This document shows, piece by piece, positions 46,801-53,554 of a stretch of DNA of 64,000 bases. The number at the start of each line of letters is the position of its first letter. Position 1 is the first letter of the stretch. The DNA is from Monocercomonoides exilis PA203. Taxonomy: Eukaryota > Protista > Preaxostyla. The translations under genes and the position numbers were made by a program. The DNA is taken from contig LSRY02000011.1 of the NCBI GenBank assembly GCA_001643675.2, positions 1,798,001-1,862,000 on the forward strand, given 5' to 3'. The notes under the pieces are model-generated. The model ran no database searches. It had not been told where the DNA came from and worked only from the letters and a program-made list of their open reading frames with translations.

Positions 46801-47774
46801 CAAAAGAAAGAATTCCATTTTTCCCTTCAATTATCTCCAAAATCCTTCGAATATTATCATTATATCATGTCGAGTTGCATACACCTGTTTATCTTTCAGA
46901 AATAAACTTAGATTCTGTTTATTTGACTTGGACAGACCTTATAAATCTTATTGGAGAAAAATTCACTGCTCAGATTACATCAGAGATGGTGTCAATCATT
47001 AGAAAAGCAATTGCAAATGCTGTTTCGCTGAAAAGTGGAGTTGCAGTTTTAAGTAATGCTGCCACTGCTGTTAGTGGAGTCGTTGATCAAGGGAAGAAGT
47101 ATATCGGAAGTTTTATTTCACAAATGAAGCATGGCGTTTCATCGTGGTTTTCCAATAAGCCAACAAAAAGCTCTAAGCGCTCTTCCTTAGATTCATCAAT
47201 TACCGAAGAAACAACTCAAAATCAAGATAATGCTTCGGCTTCATCATCTTCTTTACAAACAATCACAGAAACAGGAATTGGTATTTCTCGGAGGCGTCTG
47301 ATTAGATCATCTCAAATTCGGCCAATTCGGTATATCCCACCATCTGGGAGCATTGTTAATTTTTCCTTTTCATTTGCAGCCTCTGCGAGTCATTTACTTT
47401 CCGTGACGGATTATTTGGTTGGAGAAGAAGTTATCTCAGAAGTTTTCATACCTTATAATGCATTGTGTGAAGAAAATGTTCAGCAACTTGATACTTCATA
47501 TGTTGTGATAACATCACATAGAATAATCCATGTTCAACGAAGGGTTAATGAGCAAATCGAACATTTTGCACTTTTAAAAGAACTTATGATTAAGGAATAT
47601 GAAAAAAGTATAATAAAAGGAAACAAAGTTATTCTCAGAAGGCGCTCAAAGGATTCGCAAGATACAAGTTTGGATTATTGTATCTCTTGCGATGAAATTT
47701 CAACAGCCCGAAATCTTCATGAAATGATTTACAGAACAATGAATTTACGGCAAATTACTTCAAAAAATATTTAA
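28884..47774 (+). CDS. VPS13: VPS13-family bridge-like lipid transfer protein, 6296 aa, single uninterrupted ORF
   Basis: Chorein-N start (MIFEK...GKYFGKYIEN...GYIGQIEI) and LWRW motif. VAB-repeat Asn motifs: IVLRNATG, IFVTNQTS, PPLIVENSLP, YAPFWIKNKTGLDL, PSFYLMNAS, FAVQNRT. APT1-region IGLSLI...EIAYLSI...MQLDN...YPVIF. C-terminal IRPIRYI followed by a PH-like end. Confidence 0.9.
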   Translation: MIFEKILIKSSKLLIPIIVGKYFGKYIENYDSSMLKEDSKNGATSMSNIRIIPHVFEKMPEIRIEYGYIGQIEIRHDLETKFNIHIKDAFLIFRPNLSDPSVKASQTGYINTLKDNQAELMSGNNDMFNSTRNMEEKSQEDEQFSKFLNSTIVDFLFKQSFSLENVCIIYEDASNPHFPFSFNIPLKSAKCITTNIEEITDEHGNKTKETNKKIEIQEFSLLINRRFARYTRKEDIPEDPREYFLNLAKSSNLTPIIEPISANLKATKIKHKNKIYKRPVLDVHIEAMPIIVHFSEAHAIPLMQLSLTILKERHCEEFRVNRPFEGRLGIDLLRQRQQMKDIQPEELPLEDMQHSVRLRSRQLWRWLYGCMKERVLQKMESRRMRRKMEERIRDRKVYEEQLAKFENVLRANPSEAGKLKETLLSYGGRAAEEQLKQKQLPMQERDGETGEMREKWYAETAEELKRIEKRKIFTLKKLEEDVNERKRLGRPLERTKEETERLQREINLQWKNNLVKENQEMQKRKKEIEEKFAKEQKELEKERKEKNKDSKQKKSKKTYKPLTEKELEKLGLCAANLEILAFFETKYSPTDIKIFRMLHRAKMRLADSAQRSCFAFSSSTSSVSTLSKAFPSQSSSESSESSEGDKKRWQRIKFSISAAQLVVIFSKTTLKQCAQIEPGTSPPHSSLFDNAKATASPLSSASASASSSSSSSSSSTSNSDSSPITTFPNHICSNNSSPQHTAASEEIFEQSCHSTSTTSLRNSSAFVDKPVLKIEVKGVAVSVGHRPTNNGIDLSCRVFSAGIFDLCAAENSPFHSVLHISPKPSTLNQMQMNSQIRQLNENAWFSLDLNTSPCDSFSSFYLRCLMSPTVLCVPSSPFLSVLSSLIDIITLETPIVSSKTNQSFAPNDLSLSAEMATDEQSIESIENVESAASNGSRLLNLDAMLSRAGLLKQITSFKKNTQAKWDILMQGRNTADIDVNIPDVAVVIPMDDSQPETPALCFSVHKTAIKTVFGHATGTVNSHQIVAEETFDRINISFHGVSLSVTHVPLLGVDFFGNKSSLLSNPGTFSTSHPMTHLPFSQHMLQSPIASLCKDATIDLCALMAIDDSNDRIPHHIIRGTVNPVSVNLSDKEIILSWVVACNLAKVFGIIEDTQEVSDLLLDHSSEISVGLMGREEMSNRRIEELHSTQDAIIVQDNNDQCDDYILHSHKKRSIYAELKRLSEINSMALSVLPSFGYFEEKHLLKNIKGILLTSQIQLDLHNQLLFLHPPRSEKYVQGDTKITIKRIEMKIGKTKEKQTEFLGAKSSSGLANLLLSYANSHNSSGRSIVSLIVEDAEYHSYETTRHETLRVDVKAMRILNLLEADKEESSQCSLTDEPNRLSRSQLLCSLYEEETGDPLIKDRREHQAPDTTFFGSLNEAKCLNPSCLLKNGTNSEHSNAQAILPHTDLPASSPASSFASASASSTSSSAQSALFDGIINKDLECACDHLLEKLTWKDLPPEGLMSNREASEEAMNKKQEGTFLSILYVIQRPEMNLRSPTEPPPYIERNAFLNQSQSEIAYTEPPYSDDFQHFFQFPRQTFDVPAFLNNSHSPSYQSSSNNQMNSLQNGSSIRSLKPKITPENRNLYVVMAPLVLNLDRVVLTEVLSITQTVFNELPTFAQSAFIRLLTHVNSPDTNDSNDMQAIQASLKTNTIHNESQSLTEETTSSSDSEEAYFASLLSDMVKVSMIMKIPSVDVLLTDSLSSLALFSVDGVSVTLKERNALNSFVFEASQMHLFDRSAECSREDGMISLPLHPSSKIISVNSKLSNTVTPFLIQNSDSSKAIHICRHTHFSSPDEPSKPFSLTMIHLATVTVLPSVPFLGCVAEYLDRTSSVVDAFKSVLSVAQQRLQNELMHSVKNKIEDSTFHNSILLEPAETASASSASSASSASVALGDSESESSHMNSEITQCERRTKCEVPQKERIASFFEFYCEGAVLEILDSCPPVACNFSQKKIKHLSNGVAFNIKRISFQNGSPLPSLVPLCDVTSHIFLSKKQIRNRENELTASSLKDEAEWDDYEEEQADREEEQTEMQTRIKVDKDTHLHRRWASIECFEASLVNQESTLLFDDCYPYFNSWDINRTESALTAEIDANCCISTIDPSHPSEIQQTNEHSKCALYDISSSINNLHITLSETQILKLVVLMRDILNAVSTVPALVSAFFASSSLSSSYSASSSASASVSASASASSSSSEYNAYTTENSEKSHLKRSQSISKIVKSLQTNVFGSSSLQKVGRNDDCTAESYPLVHFSFKMGGTLIQILNDKTKHPMIIPIKLDSASLYAQLYAPEKALQKDLPLLDLAFEAQNIFSQIGTGLYSQPFFYINTPYISSALTLHTDSTSFELCVGPFIFNQKQLADPTNATSNQSSLSSIPVSATGNNNVKALIKRATKLPCDEFEKSTEDEALPRDAFKSNPLFNTCKSEIDSCHLHLSTTNIQQDASQQALLQFNYYSKVPNTTVNSTSFSLSSSAHIFVAMNSFCLCLSNEQLTSLLSVLTFLSQHSSVIVASLLMDDVASISDLMASKMESNDEIGGDLSLTQHPISENDEKTNISVDFCAASLRLLFFSKETPLFLAALNGLALSYEKNFYSYQISGEMESLFVKSLIKTNIHSPNKALSITDSSAFTPVQHEMNDTSNSTNQCDFIAQQESINQYTHLVVFVPEDDGDEEETQSILSQMLKNKALSLNVSVSCDERTQTAPSVNATFICSSLRVVFLAYYYRSFVKFGLGLFSLFDRSSIKPKKAIPTKQSLTETFSFIKEEIRPEPSENSQTVSSSRSTDITSYETKHHNLTNEFSESKSDVVAFEKDDNSDSKMHISSFTAMVKIKAPMFFIPVNSNSSEMMVVSFSDFDLSNTPMIQNAYSEELQQYTNLQFSLNDLVVIKAALPHDKILNLMQIRTHTTEEAMRQSSSREKFYLLLSKMNIDSVSAPLLSFGFKGTTVFNEEYISKLLNYTNKRDKEKFYDHKHIQQMIENGTLLSITACCSHAQVHLNDDQIHTIFSILTQNMSEGRINEEEHKLVRNDFDDSEHLSLLSSVDISSEQQNKTEESSEGDEETELRDQEKDLPNSDLNNLQEIFEAEEHTQKMHFAEMIRKQWYRNCALNLNTTKILDASFSIPSIVINFSEGKSESIPISKLCSCRTESETEQAERRANTIFSAPFCSVVMHSYQISVSKFADKSHSASFSVQDIIVRDTRPRNGSFRTEFVPLTPIPTNDTFQEVLICQSSHENSSESSQNPSASITSSRFSSNEYSEQLHESNSTPALLLKYYHTPLLGQSFRANINSPQLFINMPYDIALLKLITDYASSIGTEMKLLLHSSSEVESIGTSDYLKLRKARVCAKLSTSPFLYLPVSIQNKLRHNYEHSEITNKFMIHRSLSSPFCIPQPLCSSCTSVSISIISPSVAYVSNPSKRASSFLSLSADLSVSLFAGPPPKTPLRDFLFESGVIKEHVILQQYKEMKSILPMFKKPKEREENTNVAETLDTQTIRNEKKADLQSQTASFSNASSDYRQYDEANLSPVLQLFSQAGAKFIPLPQERGGYLSSEPVDTPLSASEANRLMRSAKPFSICSIMSNRSKSDESKLRISDRIQAHHDNDSEFHSIGSLAPSTSPLPSLTSSPNSSLSSSPSPSPSPSSSPFSSYSEDSLTDSESSDATLSLLDRVHSIFLEQETVVSINIQNIRLRDGLLKYERKVQENGNHSVRKDPSYNLIIRRNLNTTFSIQFMSTFLFGGTFSTLIPSMEQRSESQTSSSINALSTQTVSLLPPSYPSSIRSPTLSHLLLSQVNLRINQPVTIGLNDWDVVRITRIVSTIVSGIASVQTKIEEGEKEALQRRTQKTTETEAEMETNEQFIDSTPEECNESSEEQVRKDIFLSDSGWEQEKIITSLTESEIEKGKINPYIVASLKKAINTPFSKNYRLAQNDKDINKDEVKQLDQQKSLSSDNFIFCDATNQQEAQTTPQNIRREKAVIGHLLTLVPRNSLFCASPSTPLSSLLWASGKLSSLSFFPFINLSLSQILVQASFSIEGIRLLLLGDSNAATEKDSHFTVDLESFSADVVSLCSGKSKMLNAEKFSASFHQGFQSITKPSTNNGLFTFLNQNNRSTDLFSIDYPLPTLPSRDSFSNPNETSILSVKPFVSISGRAHLYLSVQLLNKRLMRQEPLLERIRITSTIFPKDLNNTKSYTAQLLRENIKLLNALLPPFESLFISLPLPLSSNPTILSYLKEMPTPAEFSLQSLINSVMPLMFEIVLPEDVFINISPALSRELYSFANSSFKSGMVQYVIRAVNRMLHPQQDQPSQPEKIQKNTSPSTAGLNNNSDFLLRNDQDNANSLSPAVDTSYTIVLRNATGCPIWCALQEAHATNIQHSDCLEDSLDSSIGSSCAILSSSSSAPESYSSMLLTSSASTSSSFLSSSSSTYRENDVNLSTFEVDASSDKKIKFTEKLWKTAHFIRIYLNGYLPSERIDLSQLLLKVVTLKRTSTESSHLPRSIDLHLHSISSSFEKIILLSGSIFVTNQTSIPMRLMYFDKLFYSNTQKNSVGISSESEESDIFEIDDSCHENEDCISSSLIDPGQSVFVPVSILKSSIAIEAICGHTAEGYSEYCHSTHTNPLSLSMFTTGMNSFMEVVKLSSQLKQEGSPKWKNDTEDVDMYFSLSSRSLDAYTTSKIISSSYLSSDASTSMQSFSKYDWGTASMVFSDTSTNSSEELFSSVRFPQSNISSAFSSPKFSHEMELQNGRFEKQEKLSNSLGSEDIPLFYTCITIAPPLIVENSLPLPLAVEIAAPIGDSLESIEKIDSAEQELWLQQLKSTKVNQIETATKSSLLPQDDTVEYADNRQRKPINEQTIFAAGRSYATTSSINSASTVLIFLAPGQRMFLYHLPMNRTLSMRVSFACLKRVRSVVDEWKANMQNVISKKKKKKKKKKQNLLQVANEKFNETESARNSEAKDLEEQPSTDYEVHTLSENLMQIKNSSEYQNDFICFSTMNIWTPHKLFYSPSLSEDNEVKRERLFHLSGTKFIMESVIENRKASVFLYAPFWIKNKTGLDLTLQEVDTSYSIVHLNAVSKLPWSIPHSLEPSMKMAAIQSAFPQPATTPVGSGDSLMETAFFTQSSPSPTLTQQPLDEFLSKQPFPFSFSTFASDPPLLVLSNDSTLANATSKPFSLSSSSSSFRVIIPTSEGLAHDVTVAVSDIPHPFTCTELVEISPSFYLMNASPDFVVLVRQHINSGVSAHLSTAITTLYPGSPATEWRWQTVPTLDKGAIDVALAIRSRKRNEYVEGEEIDERNESGFLSEESSSKREPTESSQWTGSCSSGNREPFIMSSSMCWSTTLIDIEKPTSVFAYVNDSTAAIINFKPEVMPSSCSKKIILTAEGFKTFDIKRQLLFDNWPRITENSLNNIDLKQEMKETNPILFPRQPVRAFSYPFAVQNRTFRRFCCFQRDAPSLAISVEPRSSFPLSYFDSTCLPIFCISNEKLSSSLKWSITRDEQKASLFGMTLPDSSNVKYSELLHICNSVQFDINTAVIDMRVPGRFMPIFYKNQPNTGICFSVFSRGSITILDICDLSERVFHKAQLVKRKRKDQFLMSLHENYNFTMRPYSHKMKEHQWIETIEWHNIHHIGSEIDSFIERSKFQQIDFPIEICFKAASIGLSLISELPRCSFKIQRNTDLTRPNEIAYLSISRFLLSFIPSSASNDLRISVDNMQLDNHTNLSEYPVIFSKERKITKMADCIADSEQIECDQMNDIEQVENFLNIEMKFTKPHKASQQLSNQRKLLYPLKSGINEKLSLPFVVNELTLALSPLVIECDWPFVKTMLNYMDEMTPDNVSLSQYMQLFVSKFFSKERNRFNIEELRNSVEKSMCPFQCEDKILLTQFYGLDPIVHSSDEEECKILTEIVDETGRKIRGYGLSNQSGDQLIYFKKMTISTSKVVFHIPAPKERIPFFPSIISKILRILSLYHVELHTPVYLSEINLDSVYLTWTDLINLIGEKFTAQITSEMVSIIRKAIANAVSLKSGVAVLSNAATAVSGVVDQGKKYIGSFISQMKHGVSSWFSNKPTKSSKRSSLDSSITEETTQNQDNASASSSSLQTITETGIGISRRRLIRSSQIRPIRYIPPSGSIVNFSFSFAASASHLLSVTDYLVGEEVISEVFIPYNALCEENVQQLDTSYVVITSHRIIHVQRRVNEQIEHFALLKELMIKEYEKSIIKGNKVILRRRSKDSQDTSLDYCISCDEISTARNLHEMIYRTMNLRQITSKNI

Positions 47775-48013
47775 TTTTTTTTTTTTTTTTATTTGGCAAA
47801 GTTTTTTAGTCATATTTATTCATATTTCATGATTATTTTTTTGTTTGCGGATTAAAAAATAGTTTTGAATTTAAATTTTTTGTATTATCGAAACATATTT
47901 TGTGGTTGATGTGCTTTTGAAACAACGAAATGCCCAAAATGGAACAGAAATTTAAGAAGTGAAAATAGTGGATGTGATAAAAGATTAAAGGTGTGTTGTG
48001 ATTTTTTGTTTGA

Positions 48014-51000
48014 TCAGATGCCAAATGAGCTGATTTGCCCTCCTGCTCCAAGAAGATCAGCAAATGGATCGGGCAAACCATCTCCTGCATCACCTGCATC
48101 TTCTTCTTCACCTTCTTCATATTCACCTTCTTCTTCTCCTTCGTAGTATTCTTCTCCTGCTTGTTCAACATCGTTAGATACGCCTCCTTCTCCACCTTCT
48201 CCACCTTCACCTCCTTCATATTCTTCTTCACCTTCTTCGTAATATTCTTCCTCTTCTTCATTTCCTTCAATCTGCTCTCCCGTAGCAGGATTACTTGTCG
48301 TTCCACTCGTTAAAATTCCATCAGGAAGAGGTGGTATTACTCCCATCTGAGAATAGGAAGGAGGTGCAGCAGGAACTGCAGATATTCCATTAATTGGAGA
48401 AAGTGGCTGTGCAGATGATGATATTGCTGATGGAGATAGAGGAGCATTGCCAATTCCAGAAACTGACATTTCTGATCCCAACGGAGGGGAAACTTTAGTT
48501 GAACTTCCATCTTCTTTTCGAGGCGATAATTGATTTTGAGATGAAAGTGCATTTTGCCTCGATGGAGGCTTTGTTCCTGCTGCATTTTGTTCTGAAGGCT
48601 TATTTTCATCACTTTCACCTCCATTCAACGTTTCGCTTTTTTTGTTTTCGCTATCTTCTTCCTCTTCCTCTTCATCTTCATCTTCATTTGCGTCTCGACT
48701 TGATTTCAACGTCTTTGGAAGTGGAATAGTCGGAACTGTAACAAGCATAAGGCGAGACCCATTGATTGGAGCTTCGCAAAGCGGGCACATATTTTCCATT
48801 CTGAAATAGTCGCGAGCGATAGATAAAAGGAATGGATAATGACACTCAGGGCACTCGCACCAATCTGACGCGATCATATGCAATCCAGAAATGATGCACA
48901 TGGGCACCTGATTTTGGCAGTTTGTGCAGAGAAGGGATGACTCAGGGAAGTGTGTGGAGCAAATAGGGCATGGAGTGAACGCCTCGGGTGCATCAACAGG
49001 ATCTTTTGATTTTAACACAATTTGTTCAACGGGCTTCTTTTTCCTCTCATCTATCTGATCGTGATAGCGCGGCTGCATCAATATACTTGCATACTCAAAT
49101 GCACTTTTCTTTAATCCTGCTCTGTGGCATTCCATAACAGTCATTGTTAGAATGGGCACAGCATATGCTTCGAATTTTGATATGTTCTTTGAGCATCGCA
49201 GGAGAAGTCGAGCAGCAAGTGAGTCATTTTTGTAAGCAACCCATTTTTTGGCTTGGAAGTAGCTGTGAATCAAATTCATTGTGCGAGTCACAGCTAAAGG
49301 AATAGGGACATTACCATTGCGGAACGTTCTTTCCGTCTCAAACAAGAAATCTCTTGCAGCTTTATAGTTTTTGCTTTCCATCTCCTTTGCAGCAACAGAA
49401 AGTGCCGATTTTGCCGCACCTTTCATGTTTCCAAGTTCCATTTCAAAGCGGAAGTGATCTATCGGCAGAACCTGAGCACGTTGCATTGTCACCTTTCCAT
49501 CTTCTCCTTTTCTCTGCACCATTCCACCAGTGTTCAAGAAATCTCTCATCAGTCCAATCAACAGTTCGTTCTTAAACCGACCAACAAGAACGATTGCTTC
49601 AGTAATGGATTCTCTTGTTCCGACCTCCAAAAACAGCTTCACAGCTCTGTGTGTTGAGCCACCCTTTGCATACAGCTGTGCAGCACGGAACATGTTTGAT
49701 TTCGCTTCAAAATATTTCGCTGCTCGCAAATATTCCTCGAGAGGAACGGCTCCTTCAGATACTCCTTCCTCTTTTGACTTAGCATTTTCATCATCATCTG
49801 CACCGTCATCTCCATCTCTCTTTCGTCTTTTTCTTAACTTTTCCTTTCTTCTCTTTTCCTTTCTTTCTCTCTCAAGATCATCTTCTGTTCCCAGTCCAGA
49901 TACTTTCCCTTCAATTTCAGCCTTTTCCTTGTTTCTTTTTTCTTCCTCTTTAATTTTTGCAGCTGCATCTGTTCGATTAAGTGCCTCAACATATGCCTCC
50001 ATGCAATTGTGTTCAGTAGCAACTTCAAATGCTTCGTTATAACACCTTGCTATTACAAGAAATTCTATTGCCTCACTATATTGAGTGTGTTGAATGCAGT
50101 GCTTTGAAAGGAGCGTAGCAGCTTCTGCGCTGTGAGTTTCTCTCACCAGCTGAAAGGCTGCCATCACATTGTTTGTGTTGACGTGAAGCCTAGCAGCACT
50201 GACGATATCTCCAGCAAGCAGATAATGATGCACAGCCACTTCTGTGTTCTTCTCTGCCTCCATAATACGCCCATATTGCAGATGCAGCAGAGGAGATTGC
50301 ACACGTGCCATGAGCGGACCAGCTGCTTTGAACTTGTTTGCATATAAATATATCTCAACAGCCTTTTCCACCATTCCTCCCTTTTCATACAGCAACGCAG
50401 CGTCATCGGTTATCTTCATTGACTCCAAGATGCCTGCACATTCAATGCACAAACTTTTGTTGCCAAGCTGCAATGCTGTTTCGATTCCACGTCGAATCTC
50501 ACCCACTCTGATTGATGTCCTTGCAATTCCAGCTTTGCACTGTTCATCTTGTGCCTTGTTCATTCCACCTGTCATCCCATTTTTGTATTGCTGCATTGCC
50601 TTTTGGTAGTCTCCCCTCATTTCCAGTTGAGCCGCATATTCGCATGCAATAAGAGGCTTGCGATCTTTTCCGAGCTGATTGGCCAGCTGCAACGCCTCTT
50701 CCCACTGCATCGCATCGCAGCGCATGTCGAGGGCAGCACTTGGATTTGAGGAGTTGATGAAAAAGCGCTGTGCTTTGTCTTTGTCTCCGTGGAGGAGTGC
50801 GATGTATCCACTGAGAAGGTTTTTATCATCGCAATTTTCGAGCTGTGTGAGATATCGAACCATGGCAATGTTGCCAAGAAGCCGGAAAGCGCGTATGGCA
50901 GCCGGAATGTTGAAGAGATGGAGAGCAGTCATCGCAAAACGAAGCAGAACAGAGCGATCGTTGATCTTGATGATGACGCTCCAAGCATCTTGTATGCGAT

Positions 51001-53261
51001 GCAGACGCAGACACTGGTCAAAGCAGCGCAATGCAACATCTGCTGAGAGCTCGGCCGTCGATGCTGCCGAAGTGGCAAGGATGAGATGGTTGTGTGTGAA
51101 GAGCTGGGATCGAGAGAGCGATCCAGATGGAGACTGGAGATAGACGAATCCTCCGTAAATGGCGACAACATGCATCGTTTCAGGAAGAGGGGTGCCTCCA
51201 GCTGTTGTGACACGAGGCCCGTCAAACATGTCAGGCGAGCAGACCATCGTGATGATGGCGTTGTGCGACGAGTTGATGACCACAAACACATTCAAGTCTG
51301 ATTCGTCCCACAGAACATCGTCTGTGCAGCTTATTCCCTGCGGAAACGAGAGGATGTTATCAGTCACAGGTGAGTATACAAATGGTCTCGCCTGTACATC
51401 AAAGCACACGGCACGTGTTCCGATTGTGTTTGGTGAAATAGAGCGAACAGGAGATGGGCAGCGGTAGTTGTTTATTTCAGACCAGTCGGCGAGAGAGTAG
51501 TAGACAATGCTTCCGGTTGAAGTGGTGTAGATTAAGAAGTCAGAGGAGAGAGAGACTGCCATCACTTCTGTTGCCTCGCCTCTCTCAGGAAACACTCTCA
51601 CTTCGACTGTTGAAGAAGTGGAAGATGGAAGCGATGATGCAGAAGATACTGATGCAAGCGATGCTGAAGAAGCAGAAGACATATAGGAAGAAGAAGGAGT
51701 CGACGAAGAGGACGAAGAAGATGCAGCGACAGAAAGGTCGATCACGTATGCTCTCGAATCGATCAGCACTGCAAAGTGAGTTGAGTTTATGCACATGTGC
51801 TGAATGGAGCCAGAGAAGTCGCGATCGAAGACAAGCGTCGAAGGGGCGCCTGTGGTGGAGAACTTGTATATCCACGCGTGATTGTTCATACCCACTGCGA
51901 TGTGTGAAGGGCCAATGCACAGCATTCTCGGTTCAGGTTCAACTTCGATCACAATTGAAGCAGTTGGCGTTTCACCTCCACCCCACCCCAACACATCCAC
52001 AACAGTAATCTCCCTGAGCGACGATCTGTATGCAAGAAGATTTCCATACGTGGCATTCAGAGGCTCGAAGCTGGCGATGTGCGTCAGAACAGAACCTTCA
52101 GACGTAGTTGATGCAATAATCTGTCCATCTGGTGACCATATGACTCCAGTGGGCGAGCCTGTGCCTGCTCCAAACACAATCCGTTCGTCCGCAATTTCCT
52201 GAAATGAAGACGAAGCCAAAAACTTCACAGATGTATCTCCTGCCAGTGCCAGAAAAGCATTCGTACCAGAAGGCGGAGAACAAACAGCGTAAAGCCGCTG
52301 ATTGAAGATTTGAGTCCTGTTCACCACTTTCGAGATCTCCGATGGATGCGTGGACACAACAAGAAACGTTCCTGATTCAAACGCAACATTCAAATATCCA
52401 TTTGCATACCATCTGTATGCCAAATAAAAATATTATTTTTCATTTCAGAAAAAAGATAATAAAATAAACAATGAAAGTCGTTCATCAAACCGTGCTGAGC
52501 ATAATTTTCCAAAAGATTGAGTAAGTTCAATTATAAATTCTGTTTTTAATTCGCAGTAAATTGCGATAGCTCCTTTCACATCAACACAAAGAAGACTTCT
52601 TTCCTTTTCATCTGATGATGAAGAAGCCGATTCAGCTGTTAAAACATCTCCCCATTCCAAAAAGCTAGTTCCTGCGCTTCTGGAAAATGTATTGATGCTC
52701 TTTCCTTCCGATGTTAGAACACAAACTCGAGGTTCGTCAGATCCAAGTGCAAGAAGTCCTTTACGATTCCAACATCCACAGCGAATTTTTTTTGTGAAAA
52801 CTCCTCTAATAGTATTTTTTCTTTTCAATAGTTTGTTATGAATAATTAAATTACCGTTTTCTGTTCCAATAGCCAAAAGTGGTTCGTACATGGACCAACA
52901 CATAAATGAAACTGTCGCACCACAATCAATTTTCAATTGCTCTTGCGTTGAGGTTTCCCAGAGAATGACAGAAGTTGAAGAAGAAGGTAATACTGCAAGA
53001 AATTCACCGTCTTTATCCCAAGCCATTTGTAAGCATGGACTTTGTTAAACAGATTAAAATTCAAAATAGTCCATTTATTAATAAAAAACATTCACACTGT
53101 GGCACGGAAAAAGATGAAAATTCTTTTCCGCTACGATGAAAGATATGGACAGAGCAGTTTGGTCCGGTGGTTGCGAGGTAAATTGATAAAGGATGCCATG
53201 TTATTAATGAAGAACCACCCCTTCCATTAACAGCTGCGGGAATTGTAAAGAGTTCCTTCAT
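48014..53261 (-). CDS. WDR19: Intraflagellar transport complex A protein IFT144/WDR19, 3 exons
   Basis: Exons 53261-53098, 53039-52491 and 52412-48014. N-terminal WD40s (YLATTG...VHIFHRSG...MAWDKDGEFLAV), a TPR region (AALDMRCDAMQWEEALQLA, CKAGIARTSIRVG, AVPILTMTVMECHRAGLKKSAF) and C-terminal Zn fingers (TPCPIC...CPLC). Confidence 0.93.
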
Positions 53262-53554
53262 GGACGGTTTGACAATTGAAATAAAAAATAAGGGTTTTTT
53301 GTGATCTGAAGATAATCTATTTAAACATTCTTAACAAATAAATATCCGCTTGTGCTGAAATATTAAGAATTACAAACAATGTATTTTTGAAATAAAAGTT
53401 ATCAAAAGCGAGGAAAAGATATGAGTGAAACGCATGAACCAGATCTCCCCAACCCCACTTTAGGAGAAGGAAAAATCCTCAAAAGATGAACGTGAATTGT
53501 ATTCAACGAGATTGGAGAAAGCATGGGCGTACGCTTCGAAAACAAACCAAAAAA

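Noticed and set aside
47775-47790. T16 run after the VPS13 stop as a retroposed poly(A) tail
   Set aside because: T and A runs are common in intergenic DNA here, and there is no TSD or associated element.
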